This document shows, piece after piece, positions 1 through 12,803 of a DNA stretch of 64,000 bases; within the stretch, counting starts at the first letter, position 1; each line of letters opens with the position of its first letter. The stretch spans positions 9,643,095 to 9,707,094 of the forward strand of contig MU054391.1 of assembly GCA_013239625.1 (NCBI GenBank). The letters run 5' to 3'. Made by a program: the position numbers and the translations under genes. The notes beneath the pieces were generated by a model. The model was not told where the DNA came from and did no database searches. It worked only from the letters and a program-made list of their open reading frames with translations. The stretch comes from Lama guanicoe (Eukaryota).

Positions 1-31
1 ACCATAAAATCAATGTACTGTGGGTTCTTAC

Positions 32-165
32 CCGTATCCTCTTTGGGGCAGACATTCTAAGATGTCATAGCAAAGAGAGAGTTGGTCATTTCGTTCACAG
101 TTATAGATGCAATCTAGTGCTACTGCCATCAGTTGGTCCTGATCAGGAATGATTTTTTGCTGCAA
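32..165 (-). CDS. NBAS: NBAS coding exon (exon 26 equivalent), 134 nt, phase 0-2
   Basis: ttctag|TTGCAG...ATACGG|gtaaga; LQQKIIPDQDQLMAVALDCIYNCERNDQLSLCYDILECLPQRGY(G). Confidence 0.96.
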
Positions 166-789
166 CTAGAGAATATAAAGCATGTTGTACTAAACGTCAA
201 TGGGTTTACAGTCAGTTTTTCCATATTCCAGTACTAATGTCAATAGAATATTAAATAATGCAATTAATCAGCTGCAGAAACAAATCTTGGTTTTTCTTTA
301 GCTTTCAGACTTTTGGGGTCTTTAATAATTCTAAATGAAATTGAATTTTAATTACAGAACAGCTAGAAAAGATAATTTGTGCCCAAAAGCTCTGCATCTG
401 TTGAAAATAGAATCTTCAATTTATGACCCATTCAAGATAAAGCAGATAGAAGAAACAGTGAATTAAAAAGGTAATTCATTAAAAACATTTCTAACCCTAA
501 AGCCAAATTTTATGTGTTTCAATCACAAAAAATATATAAAATTCCTTAACTAATATTCAGAGATGTTCAAACCTGCTATTTTTCAGTATGCATTATACAT
601 TAGTCATTTAACTAAACAGTACTGACATCTTATTTGAAAGAAGTCACACTGTGATGTAATAACATGGATATCACAGAATATACTCCGTATTTCTGATGCA
701 GAAAGGTGCTATGCTGGGTCACCTTCACCTTGCAAACCACAGATTCTCATTCTTAAGAGTATTTTCTGGGATACAAAAATAACAGATTT

Positions 790-885
790 GAGCCTTGTTT
801 TTCTCATCTATAAAACTGGGATATTAACATCTTCCTAATAGCATTGTTGTGAGGATGAAATAAATCAATACATGTAGAATGCTTA
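790..885 (+). mobile_element. MIR SINE remnant
   Basis: MIR core-like text ttttctcatctataaaactggg...ttgttgtgaggatgaaataa...catgtagaatgctta. Confidence 0.7.
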
Positions 886-1349
886 TATTATCACCACAAA
901 ACTAAAATGGAAGTTTGAAACTATTTTCTTTAAGCCCTTTTCAACAACAAAATACGTTTAATTTCCATAATAAAGATCTACAACATTTTAGTAGAAACTC
1001 ACAAAACAGATCGGAAAGTGATGGAGAGAAGCTGCCAAGAAAAGACAGTTTCTTAGTAAAAAAAAAAAAAATCACATCAGTGGATGAAAAGAAAAAAACG
1101 GACAGAAATAAACATTCAAGGTTACCAGGGAAGAAAGGTTTTCTAACATAGTGGGGTTAAAGGAGTTATATACATATATGTCTTCTGGTATTAAAAAAAA
1201 AAGAAATATATCATTAATTTAACAACAGCACTTGACAAAGTGTTAGTTATCCAAGGTCGCAAAATGACAAGCTGGTGAAATAGGGACAGGCAGGGCACAA
1301 TAAAAGTAAATATTAGTAAAAAATTAATGGAACTAGCTAACTTTTCCCA

Positions 1350-1530
1350 TTTTCTTATTGTGTGCCAGGTACTATTTCTAAGCATTTTACATGCATTAAT
1401 TCATAAACCCTCGAAACAACACTGTGAGGTCAGTACTGGTATCATTTATTTTACATAAAAGGACAATCAAGGCACCGGGACGACAAACAACTGGCTCGAG
1501 TCCCAGAGCTGGTCACGGTCAAGCCAGCAC
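1350..1530 (-). mobile_element. MIR SINE remnant
   Basis: tgtgtgccaggtact...ctaagcattttacatgcattaattcat...aacactgtgaggt...ttttacata; antisense MIR pattern. Confidence 0.7.
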
Positions 1531-2559
1531 TGGATCGTGAGCGACTGGCTCTGGAGCTGAAGCTAAGCATAGGCTCTCATCACCCTGGAGAAGAGCTTCA
1601 TGTGCAGAGGAGGGCGAGAGACTGAGAAAAGCAGGGTAGTAAACAACTCATACATGGTGAGAGAGCATCTGGGGAAGATGAAAAACTGAAACCAGTTTCA
1701 GCCAAGCAACAACTTGGGAAACCAGCTGAAAATGAAGCCAGAGTCCTTGATGTTTTCCTCTGTCTTCCTGCCTCCTGTCTTTCCCTCCCTGAGACATTAA
1801 TGTGTTGCTTGAGAGTTAAATGTTCCAGAGCCCATATTTGATCAGGTATGTTCAAAACCCTGGGTTGCAAACCCTTCAGCAGACCTTCACCATGAAAGAT
1901 CAAGAGTCATCTTTGTGCCTTCCACTCAAGCTCCTGCGTGGCCCGGTGCCGACCCACTTTCCTGGTCCTATGAACCTTCCTACTCAAGGTTTTAGTTCAC
2001 GCAAGTTGAATTACTTGCCTTTATCTAAATATGGTATTAGTCTGATTATGTCTCCTTGTCTTATTCTACTCCTACCTGGAATGCCTTCTCCAGGCACTTG
2101 GTCGTACATGAATCCTGTTTCCTCTCTGTTCTCCTTAGGAACCTTTTTCTCTGCTTCCTGTGCCACTCAGCATACCTTTCTTAATACAATCTACTGTGTA
2201 CATGAATCATAAGGCTCACATTTAAGACCCTTTTCATTGTTGTCTTATTAGAGTCTCTACAAGATGTCTAAGTTTATATAGTGTAAGACACTTCTCTTTA
2301 TTTCCATCATTCTTGTGCCTGTAACTCAGCAGTCATTATTAAACCATCACATTTGCTCTACCTCAAGTTAATGTAAGAGAGCCCACCTAGGACTTTCTAA
2401 GAAGACAGTAAGTTTTCCCCACCATGGGCAGCAAATTACCTCCCATATTGCAGAGCAAGCTAAAATGTAAGAAAGTCATAATTTTTTAAATAAAGTCTTA
2501 AAATTATGTACTTCTAGACAACAAGAGAAAGAACAATAGACGTCAAGATAGAATACCTG

Positions 2560-2950
2560 GAAAACCCTGGAGAAGCAAGCAACAAAAAAAATCAGAGAAG
2601 TAGCTGAATACAAAATCAGTAACTTTCATGTACACAAACAATAAACAGAGGAAATGAGGGTAAAGAAAACTCAATTTGTAATATAAACAGAGAAAATCAA
2701 GTGCTTTGTAATAAATTAACAAGAAATGTGCAAAACCTCTATGAGGAAAAATTTTAAACACTCCTGAAAGACACTGAGAAAGATATGAGCAAATAGAATG
2801 ATTTCCCCTATTCTTGAATAGAGTGACTTTAACACTATACTAAAATTCAGACAGAAACACAAATATACAAAAACAACTTTAAAAAAACTGGGGAAAAAAT
2901 ACTACAGAGGATGACTACCCTTATCAGACTTTAAAAACACGTCATAAAAC
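2560..2950 (+). mobile_element. Old LINE-1 (L1M-type) ORF2 remnant
   Basis: Degenerate ORF2 phrases: gtagctgaatacaaaatca, gaaatgtgcaaaacctctatgaggaaaaattttaaacactcctgaaaga. Confidence 0.65.
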
Positions 2951-4156
2951 TCCTGGAGAGCAGGATCTTGAAGGATGGGTAGGTATTTGTTAAATGAGGA
3001 AAGGAGCCTGACCATCCCAAACAAATGAAATAGCCTAGAACACAAAGAGGCATGAAAGAACCTGACAGGGCGAAGAGGTGAGGAGTTAGTGGGAGTGGAC
3101 TAGTGCATTCATGGAGGGGAATGAGGCTGAAGACAGAGACTAGAAACAGATGGCAGAGAACCTTCCAAGCCACTCTGGAGAGCCCACCGTTTCATGTCAT
3201 GATCTACGGAGAATCTCTGGTGGCCTGCAGGCAATGGTAGGCCACCAGAGATTCTCCACAGATCATGACATGATCAAAACTGTGCTGCGGAAAGATAACA
3301 TGGAGAGAAATAGGTGGGACTGGAAAAGAGGAGCCCAGCAACACGGTTGTTCTCTGCCCCGATGTTGACGTATTTCAACAAAGGCAAATGGCTGTATGTT
3401 TTATTCAAAAGGCACATGCAAAATTGCCAAGTAAAAACAGAAAGCTGACTACATACAAAGGATTTGTGAGACTCCGTAAGGAAGAAGGATCACAAACAAG
3501 ATTCCTGGAAAGAATCTGAAGTCATTTCCTTCTTCCTCATAAAACATTCACAGTCAATCCATCCTGCTTCTCACACAGGTTGCCATAAGCAACCCACCCT
3601 CGGTTCACAGTAAACCATGCCACGTTTAAAGTCAGAATACTAAGTGGAAACTGCTTATGAGAAGATGGAGAACTCTAAACAGCCAACGAACAGAGATATT
3701 TCCAACAGACAACCCTTTCAGAAACCAAAGAATGTGTGAGGTTAACTAAGCAATGTTTTCCTTCTTATCTTGATTATTCTGGTCCACGACCATACAGCTT
3801 CGAGGACTTCAGATTGCTAACAAAGGCAGTACAAGAAGTACATTCAGTTAGAATTTAGGACTGGGAGGGGCCTTCAATGGCTCCTGCATGAACCCCAACC
3901 TAACACTTTAAATCTCACTACAAAGTCAGTGCTTCGAGTAATTACACCACTTGCTTGAGTCAATGAAAAGGGAGCCACTCTCCCTTGAAACAGCATTGAT
4001 TTGTGGCTAAATTAAGAGGTCACGTACATTGCAAAAGTAGGCTGCACATAACAAATGACTTACCTCCGGCAAATCTGAACAACTATTTAAACCCTATAGA
4101 AATATAGATAGATCAGTCTTAAGCACATAGAAGCATCATTAAGAATAATTACAAGA

Positions 4157-4283
4157 GTGCGGTGGGTATAACTCAGTGGTGGAGCACGTGCTTAGCATGC
4201 ACAAAGTACTGGGTTCAACTGCCAATACCTCTGTTAAAAACAATAATAATAAATAAATAAATCAGTAATAGAAATATTTTTAA
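4157..4283 (+). mobile_element. tRNA-derived SINE (camelid Vic-1-like)
   Basis: A-box taactcagtggtgg, B-box gggttcaactgcc and (AATA)n tail; 16-bp TSD aagaataattacaaga (4141-4156) / aagagtaattacaaga (4284-4299). Confidence 0.9.
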
Positions 4284-4384
4284 AAGAGTAATTACAAGAT
4301 CTTATGAGATCTTAAAGATTTTAATAAATATTTTGAAGGCCCTCAATGGCAAAAACCTTTTCTTCTCCTATTGGGGTTATGATA

Positions 4385-4615
4385 AAGCATATGGTTAAGA
4401 GCACAGCTAGGAAATTAGAAAATCTGTATTTGAACCCAAGTTCCACTCCTCACTATGACCCTGGCCAATTGCCTGGCCACTCCATATCACGATTTTCCTT
4501 TTCTATTAATATTAATGTTATAAAAATAACTACCTCAGAGGATTGTTATAAGGATTAAATGATTTAATACTTGTAAAGCACCTGCCCTTAGTAAGAACTC
4601 AATACCTTACAACTA
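4385..4615 (+). mobile_element. MIR SINE remnant
   Basis: tggttaagagcacag...tttgaacccaagttccact...tacctcagaggattgttataaggattaaatgatttaatacttgtaaagcac. Confidence 0.8.
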
Positions 4616-4886
4616 TTAGTCTTTTTGATACTGCCTTTTCCATAATATAGTAGAGTGAACAGACTTCGGAGTAAATCAATTAAGATAAACATAATCTTAA
4701 GAACTTCCCAAAAATTTTTGGACTCAACTGCTGAAACATTTTTAAAGAATAAAATGACAACTATTTCCTTTTCTGTTTAAAGGGAAATTACTTGCAAAGC
4801 CTATTATTAAAAAAATTGAGAAATAAAACCTAATTCTGTAGGGGAAAAAGTACAGAGATTTTTAAGAAGTTAAAGTTTCTACTTAC

Positions 4887-5060
4887 ATCAGGCTTGGAAT
4901 GCTGAAATATCTTCAGGGGAAATTTCAAGTCCGCTTTGGCTAAAGTTACTAAATACTCTTTTAAGAGCTCATTAGCCACGCCGGGAGACTGCTTCTCACA
5001 ACGATGCAGAAAGGGAACCATCCACTGGTAGGCACTTGTCACATACTTGTCCTCGGAACA
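4887..5060 (-). CDS. NBAS: NBAS coding exon (exon 25 equivalent), 174 nt, phase 0-0
   Basis: ttacag|TGTTCC...CCTGAT|gtaagt; CSEDKYVTSAYQWMVPFLHRCEKQSPGVANELLKEYLVTLAKADLKFPLKIFQHSKPD. Confidence 0.97.
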
Positions 5061-5288
5061 CTGTAAGTGTAATTAACCAAAGCAAAACACACGTTAAACA
5101 CCTGATAATAACAGACAGCAAGTTACAGAACTCAAAGATAATCAGACTCAGGTTAAACAATAAAAGCCCAATGCTTTCTAAAACAGACACTCCGTTTCCC
5201 CCCTCACAAGAAGACAGAGGCGGCAGGAGAACCAGCCTCCGCCCGCGGCTGCCTGAGCCCCCAACAGCAGGGCGCGGAGGCCCACCTC

Positions 5289-5380
5289 TTCATGCCACGG
5301 TCACTCTGGGGCCTCACGGCCTGAACCCAGCTCTTTCATGCCACGGTCACTCTGGGGCCTCACGGCCTGAACCCAGCTCT
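5289..5380. repeat. Perfect 46-bp tandem duplication
   Basis: ttcatgccacggtcactctggggcctcacggcctgaacccagctct at 5289-5334 and 5335-5380. Confidence 0.95.
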
Positions 5381-6612
5381 GGAAGACAGACACGCTGATG
5401 CTGCTACTACCAGTCAGTCACGAGGTCTTCCGGAGCACAGAGGGGCCCCATCCCACAGTGTACGCGTGTGTTTGTGTTAAAAGAATCAGAGACGGAAAGA
5501 GAAAGACCGCAGGCCAACAGGAGGTGTGAAACAGAAAAGGGCAGAGAACAAGCATAAAGAAACTCTGGAAAGGAGCCACTTGAGGAAAGAGTCTCATCCA
5601 TAAAATCCCAGACTCTCTCCCGTCCTTTTCCTCTTCTGTTTGTTCTACCCCTGCACGTCCATCTTCAAAAACTCCAAATGACGCAAATCATCTTGCTTAT
5701 TATCCCTGAAACTCCACAGTCTCTTCACTTAATTATCTCAGGAGAAACGCTTGAATCTCTTAAGTGGTGTCTTGCATGTAACAACTTAATTTTCATTGGG
5801 TGGATCTTGATGAAAAGAAGTTAGCAAGAGAAAAGGAAGGTAGGGATAGAAGGAGAGAGAAAAGGGTGGTTGGTAAGAGGAAAAAAAGATGGTGAGAGGG
5901 ATGAGAAAAAAAGGAAATGAGAAAAAAGTATGGGAAAAGAAAGAACGAGCGAGAGCAGATCCAGCCGCACCCCTTTCTCCAGCCCATTCAAGCCAGGCAC
6001 CCGAGAGCAAAAGGCTCAAAAGAGCATCGCTTGGCAGCCAGCACCTCCAAGGCCCAACATTCTTGTCTCAGAGGTGGCCCTCTCTACTCAGCGGACTTAG
6101 TAGGAATCAGTTCCTAACTCTGAAGACTGTACTTTCTCCCCAGAAGCGACTCCTCCAAAAATCTAACAATGGCAGGGCAAATGCTCCTGTGTGTGCTCAA
6201 CACTGGAGCCAAGATGCTTTCTTCACACAACCACCCAGCCAGCCCTCTGGACTCCGGTACTTTTTTTTTTTTTTAAGATATTGGAATAAATATAAGTAGT
6301 TGGGAATTTTAACAGAAGGATTAGAAACACCATTTCTAGACTGACAGCTAGTTTAGAAATATGCCTAGCTAGAAGGGAGGGGGAAAAAGTTACATCTGAC
6401 GCGTATGAGTGAAGGGCAAAGAAGGTGTAAAAATAGCCAAAATGGTTTTGGATGCCTTCAGTTATTTACTCATTATATTTGGTTTTTTTTTTTAAGTCTA
6501 GAAACCTTGACTAAGTTCTCTGGGTTGAAGAACACCACATCTTTGGCTTTGAGACACACATTAATCAGAGCACACAAGGAATGCCTAAAAAGAAAGTTAA
6601 AATAAAACCTAC

Positions 6613-6798
6613 GCTATTCATCAGCAATCTGAGTTTTTCAATGTCTTTCATCTGCTGGAGTTCTTTCAGGGTTAGGGTTAAATCACACCCAGCTTCATAA
6701 ACCAACGCTTCCAGAGTAACCAAATTATCACAGAGAGCCAGCAAACCAGGGATATTCCGCTCCATTCCAAGTCGAATAAGTGACAATGCACAGTCAAC
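6613..6798 (-). CDS. NBAS: NBAS coding exon (exon 24 equivalent), 186 nt, phase 0-0
   Basis: ttttag|GTTGAC...AATAGC|gtaggt; VDCALSLIRLGMERNIPGLLALCDNLVTLEALVYEAGCDLTLTLKELQQMKDIEKLRLLMNS. Confidence 0.97.
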
Positions 6799-7789
6799 CT
6801 AAAATGGAAAGGAGACAGTAAGTTTGAGTAATGTATTTTTCCCACATATTCTAAAGTAAAAGCCCCCAGCATAGAATCCAATTCTTATAATCATTTTATA
6901 TACAAATCGCATTACCAATAACATACATTTTTTATTTGGTACAAAGACATTAGAGTTCTTTATCAAATACATCACACTGTCTCAAAAGAATCAAATAATC
7001 AGCAAGAAATACTGAGAATAAAAACAAGAGAAAGACAATCATCTTAAATTCGTTAGAGCATTGCAGTTGAGAGAGCAGATTTACACATACTTCTATTAAA
7101 TTCTCAAAACATTAACAATCAGGGAAAAAAAAAACATAGCTAGTGATAATGCCAAATTAACCCTGTTTTTACTATACCACTCTGCCTCAAAAAGAATGTT
7201 CTGCTTCCATATTCCTTTCAGTACCTATCCTTCCATAACACCTCCCACATAGAAGACATTCAGTAAATACTTGCTGAATGACTAACTCTGGTAGACACTT
7301 TCTCTCTCAATTCAAGTATTTAGACTTCTCTTAGACCAAAGTAAGAATGATTTTCCTACAGATACTCAGTACACAGCAGTTTCACTCCTATCACTTGATC
7401 AGGTTTATGGAATTACATATTTTTTCTTCAAAAATATAGCCAAGTAGTTTATTTCAAACAAATATACAATAAGATTTGACAAAAGAAGTATGAGCTAGAC
7501 CCAACCAAGTCTCCTACGGGACCTTTCTGCCGTAGCATCATCTGGATTCAGCCTTTTCTTACAACATATTTATCCAAAATATAAATATCCAGATAATAAG
7601 CTACATCCTGTGGTGTACTGCACAAAAAAACTAAAATTAAAGGTGAAAAATTTAGCTGGGCTCTGACAAATCAGTTACTGTGATTTAATCACAGTTCCCT
7701 TCTAGGAAATGGCATATTCTGACTGATGGCAAAAATCATCTAATGTGGCCTTAACCTCCCCCTTACTTACTCCTTACCCCTAGAGTAAC

Positions 7790-8370
7790 AATTATTCACT
7801 GAGGCCTGACTATGAGCCGAATACCATTCTAGGTGTTAGGAATACAAAACTGAGTAAGACGGGATCTCTTCCTTCAAAGATGTCTCCATCTCGTACGGAA
7901 ACATAGTCCGGTAAACTAACGACCAAAATGGAGTTAGGATGACTGGGATGTCAAAGATGAGGGCATGGAGCCCGACCTGAGAGTGTCACACAATCCCCCA
8001 GAGGGGAGAACACCTAAAATGAGTTTTAAAGAATCAATGGATATTAGGAAGTGAAGAAAGAAGAGGGGCAGGGGGACAGCATGGAAGGCAGAGATGTGAC
8101 AGCACAGTTCATTCCATAAAATGAAAAGAAGGTACGAAGTGAAGTGATGAAAAACAAGGCCAGAGCAGCAGGGACAGGCCAGATCAAAAAGAATGTCATG
8201 TGCTGAGCTAAGGAATTCGCAGTTTATCCTGAAACACAAGTGTTACCAAAGGGTTTTTGACTGAGGCCTGCCATAAATAGACTTACACTTTGGAAAGAAC
8301 ACTCAAGGAAGTACTTACTGGACGACGACTGGAAATGGACCAGACTGAAAATAAGCAGACTCGTGTTAGG
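7790..8370. mobile_element. LINE-2 remnant
   Basis: attcactgaggcctgactatgagcc...ctaggtgttaggaataca...gagtaagac, then purine-rich L2-type text (ctaaggaattcgcagtttatcctgaa). Confidence 0.6.
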
Positions 8371-8374
8371 AGAC

Positions 8375-8815
8375 TCTCCATCTCCTACTCTTCCACCCCT
8401 ACCAGCCCCTGGCAATCACTCATCCTCTGTCTCTGTTATTTGGTCTTTTCTAGAAAGTCACATAATTGGAATCATATAATACGTAACCTTTTCAGATTGG
8501 CTTCTTTAACTTAGTAATAGGCATTTGAGTTTCTGCCGCATCTTTTCATGGCTTGACAGCTCATTTCTTTTTTAGAGCTGAGTGATATTCCACTGTGTGG
8601 ATGCACCACTGTTTATTTATCCACTCACCCACTAAAAGACATCTTGGTTTTTCGGTGGTAACAAACGTACTACTCAAATGCAAGATGTTAATAACAGGGA
8701 TAACTAATGGGTGGGCAGGGGGAAAAGTGAAGGGAGTATATGGAAACTCTAGACTTCTTACTCCACTTTTCTATAAACCTAAAACTCTTCTAAAAAAATT
8801 AAGTATTGATAAAAC
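8375..8815. mobile_element. L1MC-like 3' end with an inverted 5' segment
   Basis: 8375-8648 reads as antisense L1 (agcccctggcaatcact...ccactcacccactaaaagacatcttggtt); 8649-8815 reads as a sense 3' terminus (gtaacaaacgtactac...gggagtatatggaaactct...taaacctaaaactcttctaaaaaa). Confidence 0.7.
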
Positions 8816-8940
8816 AAACAAGTAAATAAGAACATAGGTAAGTGTAAAAAAAATGATTATTTTGCATTCCTTATCTCGCTGGTGCTATTTTTAAAAAACC
8901 TGAATGACTGAAATTTGGGTTAAAAAAATATTTAAACACT

Positions 8941-10285
8941 TAAGTTGGTATTCGTAGAAAAACAGACATAGAGATCAATGAAACAGAATTATATGAACAA
9001 TTAATTTCTGATAAAGGAACAAATAACATAAAATGGAGAGAAGACAGTCTTTTCAATAAACTGGACAGCTACATGCACAAGCACAGAACTAGACCACTAT
9101 CTCACATCACACTCAGAATCAACTCAAGTGGATTAAAGACTTGGATGTAAGACCTGAAACCGTAAGACCCCCCAGAAGAAAACACAGGCAGTATGCTCTT
9201 CGACATCAGTCTTAGCAACATGTTTCTGGATCTGTCTCCTCCAGGAGAAAAGGGCAACGGAAGCAAAAATAACAAATGGGACTATAACAAACTAAAAAGT
9301 TTCTGCACAGCAAAAGAAGCCACCAGCAAATCAAAAATCAAGCTACCATATTAGAGAAGATACTTGTGAATCATATATCTCATAAGAGGGTAATATCCAA
9401 AATATATAAAGAACTCATACAACTAAACAAAACAAAACAAACAAACCTGATTAAAAAACAGGCAGAGGAGCTGAACAGACATTTTTCCCAAAGATATCAG
9501 AAGGCCAACAGGCACATGAAATGATGTTCAACATCACTAATAATTAGGGAAATGCAAACCAAAACCACAGTGAGCTACCACCTCATTCTCATTATAGTGG
9601 GTACCTTCAAAAAGGCAAGAAATAACAAATGTTGGTGAGGATGTGGAGATAAGGAAAGGAAACCCTCATACACAATTAGTGGGAATGTAAATTGCTGCAG
9701 CTACCATGAAAGTGGGAGATTTCTCAAAAAATTAAAAATAGAACTACCATATCATCCAGCTGTTTGACTTATGGGTATTTATCCAAAGAATATAAAAATA
9801 CTAATTTGAAAAGACACATGATTACAATAGCCAAGACAGGGAAACAACCTAAGTGCCCATCGGTGAATGAATGGATAAAGAAAATGTATGTGTGTGTGTG
9901 TATACATACATATACACAATGGAACACTGACTTAGCTATAAAAAAAAAAAATCTTGGCATTTGCAACAACATGGATAGACCCTGAGGGTATTATGCTTAG
10001 TGAGGTAAGTCAGACAAAGACAAATACCATGTGATTTCACTCAAATCTTAATATTACATAAATAAACAAACAAATAAATAAACAAAGCAAACGAAACCAA
10101 ACACATAGATACAGAGAACAGAGCAGGGGCTACCAGAGGGGAAACCGGGTGGCAGGAAAATGAAATGGGTTAAGGGGTCAAGCTGTATGGTGACTGACAG
10201 AAACAAAGCCCTCGGTGTAGTTACACAGAAGCCAAAATACTGTTGTACACACAAAAAATAAAGTTTTTTAAATAAATAAATAAAT
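8941..10285 (+). mobile_element. 5'-truncated LINE-1 (ORF2 C-terminus, 3' UTR, A-rich tail)
   Basis: Degenerate ORF2 (aaaaacagacatagagatcaatgaaacagaat...; peptide AKTGKQPKCPSVNEWIKKM), 3' UTR and (TAAA)n tail; flanked by a ~45-bp direct repeat. Confidence 0.93.
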
Positions 10286-10861
10286 AACCTGAATAAGAAT
10301 TGAAATTTGGGTTACAAAATATTTAAACACTGAAAATTGAGGACTCATTACTTATGTTTTGAAATGCATGAGGCTCACTGCCCAGCATTTTTTACGGGCT
10401 AGTTTTTACAGAGAAATTTAAAAATTTTCATTCTTGCTCAAATGACAGACCTACCTAGAAATCAGGGTTTTTTTTTAATGTATATATAACATACACACAC
10501 ACCCTTTTCTCCTTACTCTCAAAAAGCTGTCTCTAAAAGTTCAGCTAAAAACCACAAATTGCTCAGACAAAACTAGCCCAAACAGGATCCTTTTCTTCAT
10601 TAGCCAGAGACAATAATAAACTACATGCGTTTGTATACTCCTGTAAATCATATGACACACTGGTCTTACAAGACATTCAGATACATGGCATACAACCCAC
10701 ATTCGCCTGTACAAGCTACAAAAATGCACCTCATCTATTCACTTGAGAGCTTTCTTCATCAATTACCAGGTGAGTTTCTCCTTTTAGCAAAGTCATAACG
10801 CCTTTGCCTAACGTGACTGATATGAACTTGTCATTTCCAGATACAGGACATTGGTCTATGA

Positions 10862-11385
10862 TTACAGTTTTCAATGGGAGCAGAACCGTCCACCAGGAGG
10901 CATTCTGGAAATCTGAGGAGGTATTTCGGTCCATCTCAAGTATTAGTGGAACTTACTGACGTTAAGTGAGAGGACAGCAGGAATGCTAGGCTACACATCC
11001 CACAACGTGCAAGGCAGTCCCACACAACCACCTTGTCCTAATTCCTGCCTACCTTTTCAAACGTCCTGAAAGACATGCTTCCATGAGTTGTTCACATCCC
11101 AGACAGTAATCTGTGGTGATTTATCCCAACAAGACAACATACCTCAATCTGTGTGCATCGTCAGCTATCTTGTTCACAGTATTTCTCACTGGCTTTGCTT
11201 CCTAGTGCTGTCATGACCAAGCATTTACATATTTATCTGACATGTTACAGTTATTATACTAATTTTTTTGGAGATTATTTCTGTAAATAAGGTATGTCTA
11301 TGATTTTCACATCAGGATAATATGGAAGCATTACAAAATATTTCCTACAAAAAATACTGTGGGTCTGAGAATTAAGAACCACTTT
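10862..11385. mobile_element. hAT-Charlie (MER20-group-like) DNA transposon remnant
   Basis: Begins cagttttcaa and ends ttaagaaccact (degenerate Charlie-type termini); internal gaatgctagg...acatcccacaacgtgcaaggcagtcccacacaac. Confidence 0.5.
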
Positions 11386-12803
11386 TTTAGATTAATTTAT
11401 CTTGCTTTCAATCATTAAGATTTATGTAACTGTCCATTTTTATATAGACTCTGTAAGACAGATTACACAGAGACCTGGATTTTGTCTGGCTCTGCTCCCA
11501 TGTGTCCCTGAGCAAACTGTTCACTTTCTTTTCTGTGGACTTTAATTTATCTGTCTATAACAAAGAATTAAATAAGCCATATCTCCTCCAGACATTTTTA
11601 TTCTGGTATCTTAAATCCTAAACATTTTCAAATGTCCTTAGCCATCTTATGATTGAAAAGTCAATCATAAATATTCTTGGCTATTCACTCATAATTTTGA
11701 TCTGTAACATTACCATCAGCTCCAGCAAATAATTCATCTCCAATTCTGTGAATACTAAAAATAGGAATTAGATCAAGGAGAAATTCAAAAAGGCTATCAA
11801 ATGGAGACACAGGGCCATGCCAGACACACTAAGTAGAAATTTAAACAAACAGGTTTATTCCTTCCTATAGTACAGCTGCTCATCAGACCCTCTGGAATCA
11901 CCCTTCCTGTCAAGTGAAAAACTGTATGGTAGGACAGGAAGTCCAAAGCCAAGACTGCGAGTAGAATGAAAAAGTCATCCATTGGCCAGACCCTGAATGA
12001 GATTTCAAAGGGCATTTGGCCATTCTTTGCTCCAAACTGCCAACTTCCGTCCTCTAAAATGAGACAACTTTTGCTTACATTTGCAGAGAACTCAATTAGC
12101 ATAATTTTTAATGCTCCTTCCTGTTTATTTTCTTTGCTATCATTGACTCTTGTGTAAAAACTAACCCCCTGAAAAACCTCAGGTACAGAAAAGGTAGGTA
12201 GCAGGTCCAGAGTCCCCATGTCTACCAGTGGAAGAGTCAAGATTCGTATTTAAGTCTCCTAAGGTTCACAACCCTCGTCTCTCTCTCCCACATCCCCTCT
12301 CTGATAAAGCTGTCTCGCATCTCAGTAAAGGCACATGGGAACTGAGAGAAATTAGGCTTGGACTTAAAGAAAGCATTAGAAACAGAGCTTCAAACAGGGA
12401 TCCTAGAAAGCAAGTAATAATCAACTGCATTAATGTAATTTAATGGGAGACTAATCAAGCATTTTTATGTTGATACAATCTTTTAAATTAAAATGGCATT
12501 AAGCCTATTAAGAACATATGGAAAATCTGGAAGAGTACATGCATATTTTGCAGCTTACATTTTAAAGAAAGACTTGGGAAACTTTTGTTGTATTTGTTTG
12601 CTCTTTAGGAATCAAAAAAAAAAAGACACAATAGCTTCTGAGGAAATGAATAAATTATTAAAAGTACTAAGATAAACTCATTTCATCCCTTGCAAACGAT
12701 GCACATGATCGCTGCTGTCAGCAGCCAGAACATGCACAGGATCCTGAGGGTCCGGCACAGCACCACCGGCATCACGGAGCCACAGCTGGCAGTCTCCCCT
12801 CAC

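Noticed and set aside
5289..5380. CRISPR-like or other prokaryotic repeat system
   Set aside because: Only two abutting copies with no spacer, in unambiguous mammalian intronic context; no bacterial or phage sequence seen anywhere in the window.
5800..5950. Purine-rich tract with overlapping ORFs on both strands
   Set aside because: Low-complexity sequence that avoids stop codons by composition.
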